DNA of 60,452 bases from Girardia tigrina (Eukaryota). The stretch lies in NCBI GenBank assembly GCA_001938485.1, contig MQRK01238235.1, positions 1 through 60,452 of the forward strand, given 5' to 3'. A program made the position numbers and the translations under genes. Under the pieces are notes generated by a model, which saw only the letters and a program-made list of their open reading frames with translations, searched no databases and was not told the origin of the DNA. Positions within the stretch are counted from its first letter, which is position 1, and every line of letters begins with the position of its first letter. Below, piece by piece: positions 11,860 to 24,521 of this stretch.

Positions 11860-12902
11860 CAGGGTGTCCCAAAAATATGTATACACATTAAAAATTTAAT
11901 TTTATTGATTAAAAAAGTAAAAATAAGTACGAGTAATATTTATTTATATTGGTCACAGTTTGTTCTCAAACTGACGTCCATCTTGATCCAGACACTTCTG
12001 ACAACGCGAAGCAATGGAATCGCACACATCAACAAACATTTCCCTTGGTATTTTGCTGCATTCATGTTCAATTGCTTCTCTCAATTCTGCGATTGTTGCA
12101 GGTTTCTTAGCGTAGACTTTGTCTTTTAAGTATCCCCATAAGAAAAAATCTAGTGGTGTTAGGTCTGGTGAACGGGGAGGATATTCAACAAAACCTCGTC
12201 GTCCAATCCACCTGTTTGGCAAGAGCTCATCCAGAAAGGAACGAACATCGCGATGGTAATGTGGGGGTGCCCCATCTTGCTGAAAAAAAACTCTTCATCT
12301 TCAAAGTCAATTCTAATNNNNNNNNNNNNNNNNNNNNNNNNNNNNNNNNNNNNNNNNNNNNNNNNNNNNNNNNNNNNNNNNNNNNNNNNNNNNNNNNNNN
12401 NNNNNNNNNNNNNNNNNNNNNNNNNNNNNNNNNNNNNNNNNNNNNNNNNNNNNNNNNNNNNNNNNNNNNNNNNNNNNNNNNNNNNNNNNNNNNNNNNNNN
12501 NNNNNNNNNNNNNNNNNNNNNNNNNNNNNNNNNNNNNNNNNNNNNNNNNNNNNNNNNNNNNNNNNNNNNNNNNNNNNNNNNNNNNNNNNNNNNNNNNNNN
12601 NNNNNNNNNNNNNNNNNNNNNNNNNNNNNNNNNNNNNNNNNNNNNNNNNNNNNNNNNNNNNNNNNNNNNNNNNNNNNNNNNNNNNNNNNNNNNNNNNNNN
12701 NNNNNNNNNNNNNNNNNNNNNNNNNNNNNNNNNNNNNNNNNNNNNNNNNNNNNNNNNNNNNNNGGACTGAATCTACAAAAAACCTTTTTATGTTAAAAAA
12801 ACTATTTATATTAAATATAATGAAAGTTAAACATAAATAAAATTCAATAAAATTCAATAAAATTAAATTTTTAATGTGTATAAATATTTTTGGGACACCC
12901 TG
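11860..12902 (-). mobile_element. DD41D (rosa/Visitor-type) Tc1/mariner element, interior in an N gap
   Basis: TA-flanked TIRs CAGGGTGTCCCAAAAATAT and ATATTTTTGGGACACCCTG. QQDGAPPH...WIGRRGFVEYPPRSPDLTPLD gives 41 residues between D2 and D3. Confidence 0.92.
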
Positions 12903-12904
12903 TA

Positions 12905-13063
12905 GATGGATCTAAGAAAGAAATCGAAGGATCATTAGATATTAATAATATGCCTAAATATTGTTTAATTGTACCTTATTCTGAAGGATTTAAAAACTTT
13001 AAAAATGCATTGTTAAAAGCAACTAACAATGAATTAAATTTAAAAATTATATCACAATCTCAT
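12905..13063 (+). repeat. Inverted near-identical copy of PLE segment 10919-11078
   Basis: GATGGATCTAAGAAAGAAATC...ATCACAATCTCAT is the reverse complement of the PLE interior. Confidence 0.9.
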
Positions 13064-13240
13064 ACATAATGTTTAAATATTATACAGTTTTAAATTTTAA
13101 AAATTCTAAAAATTTATGAGTTTTCCCTATATATTTTCAGAAACAATATGTTTTTGATGGATCATCCTTCATGTTCATGCCACTGAGTAATTATTTGAAT
13201 CAATAACATATAAATGAAAATAGATCATTACGTAATCAAT
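13064..13240 (-). repeat. Diverged PLE pLTR fragment with decayed hammerhead (13141-13185)
   Basis: ACAATATGTTTTTGATGGATCATCCTTCATGTTCA aligns with ACAATATATTTCGATGGATCTACCGTCATCTTCA at 10457-10490. The segment also matches 15961-16085. Confidence 0.65.
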
Positions 13241-14292
13241 TGCATATAAAGACAAAGCAGAACACTTTTTATTAACAATATCATTATCATAATTTAGAAA
13301 CTGAAATCTCTTTTAAATATTTCAGTTATCAAACCTAATTTCGAAAATTTTCCTAAACAAATCAGCCATAAGATCTGCTCGAAATGTTAATTTCGCCCTA
13401 TCAATCAGCAGTTGTTATCCATACTCTTTATTTGTCCGGATAGTTTTGTTATCTGATCGTCATATTTACGGTAATTCGACTTCTTATTTGTGTGAGCATT
13501 CTTAGTGCATGTTTATTTATTGTAATCTGTCATGTTAACATATTTTAAAATAGATATTATTTTTTTAAAATTTTAATAATATTTAAATAACTGCTAAATT
13601 TTACAGCTATTCAAATTGATAAAGCTGTAAATGTAAGTGAATTTAAAATAAAAGAATTTGGAACGGGATTAAAAATTAACAAGTCAATTTAAAATCAAAA
13701 AAAATATATTAAAATCAATTTTTTTCATCTACTTTTTATCAAAAAAAGGTTTGTACTAGAAAGGTAATCGAATTTGCAACTGCATGTTAACATAAGTATC
13801 GTGGTTGCCACGTGGATTTTTATGATGATGAGTGTTTTCAAAGAGAAAATCGAACACTCTTTTACAAGAATGCCGGAATAAACTTCAAAAGCAAAACATG
13901 AATTGACATTTTTTAAGTAAATCTCCAAATTTCACAAAAATATTTTTTTTATATTGCATGGACTTTTATACTTATCGTCTTAATACTTTGTGTATTATGA
14001 GTAAGTATTCATTTTTTCTCCAAGTATACTCTACAGGAGAAAGAAATGTATGAAGAAATTTGATATGCCGGATAGCTTATAAACTATATATATAATTTAT
14101 TCATTATAAACGTGCTCAAATTTCGTCTCTTACATTAAGAAACTCTCACCATTAGTTTTTAAATGCTGAAGTTCAGTTTACTTAAAATAAATTATGAACA
14201 CAAATATTAGCCATTTCATTTTAGAGAATAATTATTTTTTTATCATGTTTGTTAGGTTCGTGATCAATACTTTATAACTTTATTTTATAACT

Positions 14293-15171
14293 GCGAGGAA
14301 TATTTTGAATGTTTGATTTTTTTGTGTTTCAATGTGTATGTTGATTTGGAGTTGTGTCTCTCCTACCCAAATGGATGATTAATATTTGAATTCTTATTAT
14401 CTAATAATATTATTAATAAAAAAAATTTTTATAAAAACAACCACGTTTTTCAAGCATTACCAATGCACTAAAAAGAGGAAAATAATTTTTTTTCTAGACA
14501 TGTGAGAAATTTTATACCNNNNNNNNNNNNNNNNNNNNNNNNNNNNNNNNNNNNNNNNNNNNNNNNNNNNNNNNNNNNNNNNNNNNNNNNNNNNNNNNNN
14601 NNNNNNNNNNNNNNNNNNNNNNNNNNNNNNNNNNNNNNNNNNNNNNNNNNNNNNNNNNNNNNNNNNNNNNNNNNNNNNTACATCCGTAAAGTAAATGTTT
14701 TAAAATATTGTATTGTCATCGGAAACAAGCCTGTATAAAAAAATTCAGCTCAATTGGATGACTGAAAGTGGTCGAAAAATCAATCGCAAGATTTGTTGCA
14801 GACAGACAAACAGACAAGAAAGCAAGCTAAGAAAAACGTGGTAAAAATATGTTTTGTTTAAATTTTTTTTTAATTTCAAATAATTTTACAAATTTAAATA
14901 AGTTAATTAGTTTTTACAATTTTTAATAAATAAATCAAATTAATATTTTTTAAATAATTAATAATCCTTTTAATTTCTATCCAATAAGCTTTTAGTAAAT
15001 ATTTTATTAAAATATTTATTTCCCCATTTGCTAAAAAATAATAAGAAGTAATTAATTAATCAATTTAGTTTAGAATGCACTCGTACGAAAGCTTTGACAA
15101 AGATTGTCTTAAGGACAATCAAAATTGTTGTTTAAATAAAAATATGAAAAGTCAAATTAATGTTCTTAATA
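14293..15171 (+). repeat. 3' part of LTR family A, interrupted by a HINE-like insertion
   Basis: Reverse complement of 6263-6690 on both sides of 14405-14845. Ends TGTTCTTAATA. Confidence 0.7.
14440..14842 (-). mobile_element. DINE-1/HINE-like (Helentron-associated) non-autonomous element
   Basis: Short inverted repeats ACCACGTTTTTC and GAAAAACGTGGT. A CAGA/CAAA microsatellite lies next to one end, and the flanks are A/T runs. It interrupts a repeat that is uninterrupted at about 6585. Confidence 0.55.
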
Positions 15172-15960
15172 ATAACAATTAATAATTATTCAAAAAAATT
15201 TTTTTTGAGGAACTTTTCTTTTGTTTTCTTTTTAACCAGATCCATTATACGTAAAAATACTGAATTATAAATACAGAATGTTATTTATTAAAAATGGTAT
15301 TTGTAAGAATTGAATTTATTAATTTTTTAAAATTACAATAATTTTACAGAATTACATTTCAATATATTATTTGATTTAGTCTAAAACAATTTTAACATCT
15401 ATATAAATTTAACTACAAATAATTAATTTACAAGGTTCAAATGTATATTTCTTACTACAAATTTATCATTCTCAAAGTTATTCACATTTTAAAATATCAT
15501 TGTATTAAAAGTTTTTCGGTTCAGAATTTAAATATATATTTAATTCTTAATATTTATTATTCCTTTTAAAATTATTTTAACAAAATCTAAAAAAAATGAC
15601 ATTTATGTTTTTTTAAAATTATTTCAACTTTGCTTATTTTATTCGATTGTAAAAACATATTTTACTTAAATTAACAAAAGATTTTTAGGAATTTAAAATT
15701 ATTTTAATGTTTTTACTTTATTTGTTAAACATTTTTTTAATGAAATTTGTTATTTCATTTTTAAGTTATTTAAACCTTACTTTAAAGTCCTACAATGTTC
15801 AATATTTAATTTTAAATATTTTGAAACTTCCATTATTTAATTTAAAAATTTAAACGAGTTCACCATAATCTTAAAATATACGATTATTATTTATGTGATT
15901 AAATATGAATTTTAATTATTGATAACTTCCTGAATTGTAAAAATTATTTTAAAATTTCTA

Positions 15961-16252
15961 TACATAATATTTAAATATTCTACAGTTTTAAATTTTAAAA
16001 ATTCTAAAAATTTATGAGTTTTCCCTATAAATTTTGAGAAACAATATGTTTTTGATGGTTCTCATGTTCTTGTCCCTGAGTAATTTTGATCACTGAGTAA
16101 CGTGATCAAATTAATAATGCTTTACACGACACTCATAATAACTACAAAATATTTCCTCAGGATGTTGAAATTATCAATATTAATACAACATTTATATTTG
16201 TTTCTATTTTAAACTTTATAACTCTTACCTTCCATTTGGGTACCACGTTAAT
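15961..16252 (-). mobile_element. Old PLE 3' fragment (GIY-YIG tail + pLTR)
   Basis: 16100-16250 is similar to 10638-10780 (AATGCTTYACACGACACTC...). 15961-16085 is similar to 13064-13195. Confidence 0.6.
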
Positions 16253-16399
16253 ACGTCTAAAAAAAGAAAATTAAAAAACAACGTCGAAAAGAAAATGTCA
16301 AAATGTTAAAATATCGTAAAAAAGTCTTAATAAAGCATAAAATGAAATGATGTATTATTAAATAATGATTATGTGAATGAATGAATTAATTAATGTATA

Positions 16400-16666
16400 A
16401 ATAAATGCAATAAATGCATTTCAAATGGCATTTCCAAGTGTCTCATTTAGGACAAAATATTATGAAAAAAATAATAAATTTAGAATTGAAAACATAATAA
16501 AGTAAAAATGAAATTAAAAGAATTTATATCCGCGCTTTAACAGCATTGGCACTTATAGAAAAACCACATATTAGACATGTTTTAAACTTTTTAAAATCAG
16601 GTGAGTCTTTCCAAAATTGCTTTACAGAAATCTTCTTATATTTTCCCGAATATAATATGGGAACAA
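16400..16666 (+). mobile_element. Mutator (MULE) transposase fragment
   Basis: Manual translation gives NAINAFQMAFP...HLGQN and FIRALTALALIEKPHIRHVLNFL...IFLYF, typical MULE blocks. Confidence 0.55.
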
Positions 16667-19600
16667 TGGGTTCTTGATCAAAATTATAATTCATTAACAC
16701 CAAATTTTATTTAAAACCTAATTTTATTTACAATGATTGTTACTCCGAATTATTTATTTCCAAAATGTTTTGTATAATAAATTAAAATTTAATTACAATT
16801 TTGTTATTAATATGAAATATTTTTTTAATTTATATAAATAAATCATTTGAAATTATTTTATTATAAATATGATATTACAAATTAATTATTAAAAAATTCA
16901 AGTCACAAAAACGCCTAACATCCCCCTCGTTTTTGAAATTTTTGAATTTTTCGACATTTCGAATAATTCGCCTCCCATTTTTATCTTCCAACTTGTAACT
17001 TCTTTCTTGAATCTTTTCTATAATTTCATATTGGCCCTCGAATCTGTCGTCTCCTTTTGTTCTATTCTCCTTTTGTATCAAGACCTAACTTTATAAATTC
17101 TTTGAGTCACGTTTTCCTCTGGATTGCTTTTTCTTTTAATCTTATTCTGATATCCTCCCGATTTATTTTACTGTTATCATACCACTTTTGTCTGTCTATT
17201 TTCTTGCCAAATACGACTTCTGCTGGACTGCTCCCTATTGTCTTTTGTTTTGTTGCATTTATAGCAAATTCCACGTCCGGTAATATGTCCGCCCAACTTG
17301 TGGCTTTTCTCTCTTTTAAACTTGCATATATAAATTCGCGTATGGTCTTGAATTGTCTTTCGATTATTCCATTTGTATTGTGATGATATGGACTGGAGAA
17401 AATTATTCTAACGCCTTTAGTCTCCAACATTTTCTAACTTTTTTTTGCTTCGAAACTCTTACCTCAATCAACATAAATCTCCTTTGGTGCACTAAATTTT
17501 AATATCCATTTCTACAATATTGTTTTTACATTTGTTTCTTCATCCTGTCTCTTGGTTGCTTGCTCCCTTCTTTAGCGGTTTTAATACTTTGTTCATTAGT
17601 TCCTGAAATGTTCCTGGGGCTGCTGCTATCCCGAAAGGCATCCGTTTAAAACAGAATTGTTCTGATTTAGTGGAAAACGCCGTTTTTTTCCTGTGGTTGC
17701 TTGTCCAATTCTACTTGGCAATATGCGTTTCCTAAGTCTTTTGTGCTGAAATATTTGGTTCCATGTAGCCTATCCATCATTTTCGCTATATTTGGCATGT
17801 GGAATACTTGTCTTTTTGTAATTAGGTTCAACTGTCTGAAATCTAGATATAGTCTGATTTCGTCCATGTCTTTTTTTCCAAAAACATACTATTAGTGTGT
17901 TCCAGTGTGAATTGCATGCCTTTATTATTCCATTTTCCTATAGATTTTTGATTGCTTCCTCGAGTTTGTCCTCTAAGTGTACTGGCTGTCTTCTCAGTTT
18001 TATGTTTATATGTCCCCCTGTTGTTTCTATTCTATGTCATAATAATTTTGTACAGCCGATGTCCCAGTCGTTTGCCATGAATATGCCTTGATATTGGTGA
18101 ATTATTTCCTCTAGTGCTTTATCGTTTCGTGTATCGATCGTTTTCAATGCTTTCTTTCCTCGTTCTTCGTATGTGATTCCTTTCCCAAACTTTGCATCGA
18201 TTTTGCATATGTTAATTTTACTCATATCCAATTTTTTATCTTCTTTCTATTGTAGCTCTATTCCGAAATCTTTCATTAATTACATGTCCCCAATCATGTC
18301 TGGTCTTAAATTCTTTAATATTATAAATCTTATGTTATCTGATTTCTTCCTAATTTTTATCAATGTTTCTATTTCTCCTCTAACATCCATTTTTAATCCA
18401 TTTACTGCTATCAATTTCTGATTTGTTTGTTCCATTTTTATGCTCTTTAATTTCTTAAGTATTTCTTCGGTCATCACGTTTAAGCTTGCTCCCGTATCTA
18501 ATAGACATTCAATTTCTGTGTCCTCAATCATGACTCTGATACTTGGTCGACCCTCTAATATGTTGTATACAATTAGTACATTTATTTATTATCAACAATT
18601 CTCTTTCATTATACGTGTCTTTTTATATAAATTTTACCACTTTGGGACTTGTTTCTGGTTCCTGATAGAAGTTTGGCTCACTCATGAATTCTGACTTATT
18701 TTTATTAATTTTATATATTAATTTTATATATAATTTTACATTTAATTAATTATTTATTTTATTCATATTATTAAAATTATTACTACTATATATATAATAT
18801 ATATGATCAGGTCTGTGTTTAAGAAAACCTACGCTAATGTCAAGATCGGTTCCTCCTCGTCTCGGCACGTTTCGTTTTTTTCTATATGTTATCGCTCTTT
18901 TCAGTATTCTTCCTTCTCCATCATCGCGATATGTTTTCCTCTTTCAAATACTCTTCTGTAGTCGTCTTAGTTCCGGTTTCCTGACATTTTCTTTTGTTCA
19001 TCTGAGAAGTGTCGGCTATCTATTTGGGTTCTCTTTTGATAATCCGTTCTTCCTTGAAATCGTTTATTCAAATTCGTGTAACATTCCTCAGCTCTATGTC
19101 CTGTATTGTTACATCTTCCACATCTTACCTTTTTGCATTCGCGTCGCACATGACCAACTTCTCCACATGCATGGTATGTGATTCTCCTCTGTCGTTTACA
19201 TTCATAACTTTTATGTCCTACTTCCTTACAGTTCCAACATGTGATGTTGTTCTGTATAGAAGATCGTCTTCCGAAGGTATGTCCTTTACTCGATATGTTT
19301 CTTGTTGCCATTTCCATCGTCGTGCCTGTTTTGACTACATCTCTATATGTTGGTCGTATTGCGTGCACCGGCTTTTCCATTCTCCGTAATTCGTCTACTT
19401 TCTTAATGACGTCCTTCACCTCTGTTAATTCTTTCACTTCTCTAAATCTGATTTCTTTCTTCACGTCACTATCTTTTCACGCATGAATTAGAAGGCATTT
19501 CTCTACCTCCGTCTCTGTCCACTCATGTTTCATCAAGTTTACCGCCAACTTTTTTGCTTTAACGAAAAATTCATCCACTGATTCTCCAGATCTCTCGAAG

Positions 19601-19927
19601 TTTACTGCCTCTATCAAATATTCCATTAACGTGCTTTTTGTCAGAAAAGCTTATCGTGGACGGGCTTCATATACCTTCACTTCGGGATCCACGCTTTCGT
19701 ATATTGGTACGAGTTCATGTGACAATAAACCAATATCTCTTGTATATTTTCCGATACTTTGACCACTTTGAAGTATCTTGTGCAAGCCGAAAAGAATGTT
19801 TCAAATTTATCTTGTCGCCTAAATTTGTCTGGTATGAGCCTCGGAATTAGTTGTTCAGAGCTGCTGGTGATGGTCTACATGTTGGGTTCTTGATCAAAAT
19901 TATAATTCATTAATACCAAATTTTATT
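16667..19927 (-). mobile_element. Ty3/Gypsy LTR retrotransposon, internally deleted
   Basis: 3' LTR at 16667-16920 starts TGTTAGG after the PPT AAAAACGAGGGGGA. A matching 5' LTR end lies at 19880-19927. Coding remnants: gag with three CCHC-type knuckles (18967..19464), protease LLDTGA (18280..18531), RT fragment LDFRQLN..DLGNAY, and integrase SPYHHNTNGIIER (17107..17430). Confidence 0.92.
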
Positions 19928-20209
19928 TCTATAACAATAACAATTATTTAAACAATTTTTCTTGAGGAACTTTTCTTTTGTTTTCTTCTTTGACCAGATT
20001 AATTATACATAAAAATACTGGATTATAATACTGATAACTTATTTATTAAAACGTTAATTAAAATTTAATTTATTTTTTGATTACGTTAATTTATATATTA
20101 TATTAATATATTAATTTATTATTTTATAAAATCTTCAAAATACATGATAAAAATCTAAATAATAACTGTTCTATTTTAAATCATTTTAAACGTATTTTAC
20201 AACATGTTT

Positions 20210-20570
20210 TATTTAAACTAAATCCTGATGATGTTATTGAGTTTTGTATGGTTTCGGTTTTCAATTCATTAAAGATTCTCCGATACATGAATTAACCAAT
20301 TCCTTCGATGGTGGTTTGGGATTACCATTTTGGGTATAAACAACAGAATCAAAGTTCTTCCATTCATTAATTCGAAAATATATCAAATCTTTCAAGGAAC
20401 GAAAAATTCCTATTTCTCCTGGTTGTAGATATGGTGCCAATCCCCCTGGGATCACGATCATTTCAACATTTCTATTAATATAATGTTCTTTTACTTATGG
20501 GCCTAAATGAACTCGACACGAATCCTAAATAATACACTTACCGTTGCTTAAATCAATCAAAGGAAACATA
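20210..20570 (-). mobile_element. pogo DDE fragment
   Basis: VIPGGLAPYLQPGEIGIFRSLK resembles the pogo IPGG..TxxLQPxD motif. Confidence 0.7.
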
Positions 20571-22496
20571 TGGAGAGAAAGACCTCAAAGAGAAAGACGA
20601 AAACCAATTTATTTGAACGAGTATGTAGTGGATATAGAATCTAGTGACGAAGAATATGGTGGGATTGTTACATGCTAAATATTTTATATATTTGTTTAAA
20701 TAATATCTATTAATAAAGTATTTGTGTTGAAAAATAAATTATTTGTTGTTACATTAATTTTAAAAGAATATAATCGTTATTTTAAAAGCAGATTGAAATT
20801 TATAAATACGAAAAATGCATATTGAATTTAATTAGCTTTCGTAAAATTTTAAAAGTATTAAATCAATATGTAAAAATGAGATAGATATACAAATCTATAT
20901 AATATAATATTTTTGTAATTCGGTAAACTGTTGTTATACATATAGGAAGAGGACCTTTAAGTCACTGGGTCTTACTTTAAAATACTTTACGTTGAATCCA
21001 TGTTTATCAAACTTAATAAACAGTGCCTCAGTAATTCTCCTTTCATATTTACAATCAGAAATACAAATCAGAACCAGAAAATCCTAATCATGAGTTTCCT
21101 TTAAAATGGTCAAGAATTCATTCTGTTCAATTTAAATCAAAACATCCAAAAACGATAATTAATTATTACTTTAAATTTTAGAAGTAAAATTAATATTTGA
21201 GAAAATTAGTTATGAAATCTAAAAGATTTTTTTCATCAAACAACTTAATATAATATAATCCAATGATTCACAGCGTGGACCATCTTGGGTCCACATCAAT
21301 TTTTTCTCGTCCGTTGCACGTTTTCATGTTTCATGCCCATTAAATTTTTAATTAATGATAAACATAATTTAATGTCAGAATGATTAGATAAAGAAAAATG
21401 TACTATTATTTGAAATTAAAACTAGGGTCACAGACTCTCAACGGAACTGAAGATGAGCTAATATTGGGCTTTACCGTTAAAAGAAGAATAACTATGGGTC
21501 AAAAGATATACTGTTACAATCACTTCCTTAAGAAGACATTATAAGCATGAGTTTCTAATTGAAAATTTCAATTTTTAGTGTTGTTTTACGTCAATAAATA
21601 TCTAGTATTATATTTTTAAGGTTTTCTTCATGAATTTTGAGGTATATTGCTAAAAAGAAGGTTGTGGAACACATGTGTAAATAATATAATATACATAATA
21701 TAATATATAAAAGATTAAAAAAAATTTATCAGTAATAATAAAATAATTCTTTAGCTTTAAATTTTATTATTTATATAATTTGATTAAAGTGGTAGATAAA
21801 ATATTGTGATTATTAATGTTGGTCATAAATTAATTATATTAATTATCTTGAGAAAAAAATATTTTTTCTCTCAATTATTTAACATTAAATATTAAATGAT
21901 TCATTGATCCGTTAAATAAAAGAGAAACGAACATAATTAAAGAGAAGATTCTTGTATGCAATTTTTCTTGCTAGAAGGAAAATGTTTTTCATATGCTTTA
22001 AGCTAAAACAATTTTATATTTTAATATTTATTTTTTTATAAAAATCTCATATGTTAAAAAAAACGTCATTTAAAACTTTACAACTGTATTAAAATACTAT
22101 GAAAAAGTAACATAGACTTTATGAGCAGTCAAATTTTAATTAATGTTTTATTTTTCCATTTACAATTAAAAACATATTATTTTGTTTTGAGTAAATTACA
22201 TAAAAAAGTTACATAAATGATCAAACAAATGATTGGAAAAACAGAGGGTAAATAAAAAATATTGAGGAAATGAAAATAATAAATATATTTTTCTCAGATT
22301 ATCTCTTTTATTCAATGATTTTATTGTTATTTCTATTATGGTTCTCGGTGCTTTTACCTCAGGTGGTTTGACCATATGTGGTTTGTCTACAGCGGGGGTT
22401 CGACCACAGGGGGTTTGACCATATGTGATATATATATATATATATANNNNNNNNNNNNNNNNNNNNNNNNNNNNNNNNNNNNNNNNNNNNNNNNNN

Positions 22497-22543
<47 letters not shown>

Positions 22544-22544
<1 letters not shown>

Positions 22545-23650
22545 TTAGGCTGTCCCAAAAGTCCTCAGGTGACCTTTAAAAAACACTAATATTTTACAAA
22601 ATTTAACCAACTTTGGACTGAATATTATTCAGAGTGTAATAAATACTCTGTTAAAATTTCAAAGCATAAAATTTGAAACTTACCAAAAAAATAATATTAT
22701 TAACCAACAAAAAAATTAGATGCAGTGAATTTAAAAATTTATTTAAAAAAAATATTTTAAAAATTTCTTAAGCAACAACATATTCACCATTGTTGTCAAT
22801 AACCAACTGACAATAGTTAAAAAGTTTATCTAGTTGATTTTTAATGTTTCTGTTGATAAAGAATTAAAAAAGAATTTACAAGCTTCTTCAATTTCTTCAT
22901 GTGATTTGAAGACATGATTTTTAAAACTTTTTTTTCATTTTTGAAAACAAGAATCTGTCACACAGATTAAAATCTGGAATATTGATAATTTATTTCAATT
23001 TTTCTTCTTTCAAAAAGAAGAGTTGTTTCTTTGCTAGAATGAGGTCTTGCATTATCATGGCACCACTTAAGTTCTTTTAGCTTGATGTTGTTAGATCTAC
23101 ATTTCCGCCATTTTTCACTGGTGTCATGAACAAAGTTCACATACGCTTCGGAATCAATCTTGGTACCATATGGCAGTGCTTTTACATTAAAACGTTTGTT
23201 GCAGGTAAAGATTACGAAAGCAAGAGATTTTTTATCAGTCATTAGCGATGGCTTCATCACTTTTGGTGGAACAGCATTAGAAGGAATCCAAACTTTGTGA
23301 TTTTCTTTCTTTCCTCTACCTTGGAAAAATACCCATGTCTCATCCTCTATCGCTATGTTGGAATATGCTTTATCACCCATCTGTGAAATTACATGACGTA
23401 TATGCTTTGCAGTGTTAATGCATTGTTATTTATTAGCAGCAGAAAGTCCGAGAGGGACCCAAACAGAGCAAACATTTTTTTGTAATAAAGTTTTTCATGC
23501 AAAATTTTGTGGACTTTATTTTTGCCTAAAGAAAGTTCATTTTCAATATAACGCAAAGACGCATTTGTAGCTTCATCAATCACTTCTTTGACTGCTTTAA
23601 TCTTTTCATCGTCCATTAATGACGGCCTGTCACGTCTTGATGAATCGCCG
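22544..23650 (-). mobile_element. Degenerate mariner-like element abutting a (TA)n tract
   Basis: IAIEDETW, WCHDNARPH and a frameshifted YS-D-NLCD. The terminus CTTAGGCTGTCCCAAAAG directly follows (TA)n. The 5' end is replaced by other insertions. Confidence 0.82.
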
Positions 23651-23769
23651 CATATAAATGATAAAATCAAATCAAAACATTAATGCCATGCAAATATTGT
23701 AGTTAATGGAATAACAGTTTTTATGGTTAACTAAATGACAGATATGTAATAGCATGTAATTATGTCAAT

Positions 23770-24052
23770 ACATTTGTTTGACCATTTATCTCAACAGCAC
23801 GTTGTACTTTTTCATACAGGATCTTATATCGCTTCTCAGCTGGATAATTTACTGCAGCAACACCTTGCAGAAATGTATTTTCTGCTTCGTGCAGCCCATA
23901 AGCAGACGGTCAAGGAAACACCACATTGTTTGGTGACTACATTGTAGCAGCGACTGTAGACTGTTATGTCATCCTTCGAAAATGTTGTTCATTCGTGGTA
24001 CACCATCGCCAATCGTATGCATTTGATTACAAGTTTCAATTGCAAATAAGGC
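23770..24052 (-). mobile_element. MULE transposase C-terminal fragment
   Basis: ALFAIETCNQ...VPRMNNIFEG*HNSLQSLLQCSHQTMWCFL corresponds to the MULE RTNNxxEGWH...HPxxWxF motif. Confidence 0.7.
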
Positions 24053-24521
24053 AGTGTTTCATTGTGAATTGCATGGCTTTATTATTCCATTTTCCTCTAG
24101 ATTTTTGATTGCTTCCTCAAGTTTGTCGTCTAAGTGTACTGGCTGTCTTCTCGGTTTTATGTTTATAGGTCCCCCTGTTGTTTCTATTCTGTGTCGTAAC
24201 AAGTTCGTACAGCCGATATCCCAGTTGTTTGTCATGAATATGCCTTGATATTGGTGAATTATCTCTTCCAGTGCTTTATCGTTTCGCGTATCGATCCTTT
24301 TCGATGCTTCCTTTCCTCGTTCTTCGTCTGTGATTCCTTTCCCAGACTTTGCCTTGATTTCGCATATGTTTTTTTATTCATATCCTGTTGTTTATCTTCT
24401 TTCCATTGTAGCTCTATTCCGAATTCTCTCATTAAGGGCATGCCCCCAATCATGTCTGGTCTTATATTCTTTACTATTATAAATCTTATTTTCTCTCATT
24501 TCTTCCCAATTTTCATCACTG
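24053..24521 (-). mobile_element. Gypsy protease-RT linker fragment
   Basis: Clear nucleotide similarity to 17895-18370. Confidence 0.85.

Noticed and set aside
11858-11888. N-terminus MCIHIFGTPC of the RT ORF as a genuine start or fusion
   Set aside because: It is read out of the inserted DD41D TIR.
6263-15171. The inverted copies at 6.3-6.7 kb and 14.3-15.2 kb as TIRs of one 9-kb element
   Set aside because: The same repeat occurs elsewhere directly ahead of a PBS and gag, so the two are better explained as independent LTR copies. No convincing TSD.
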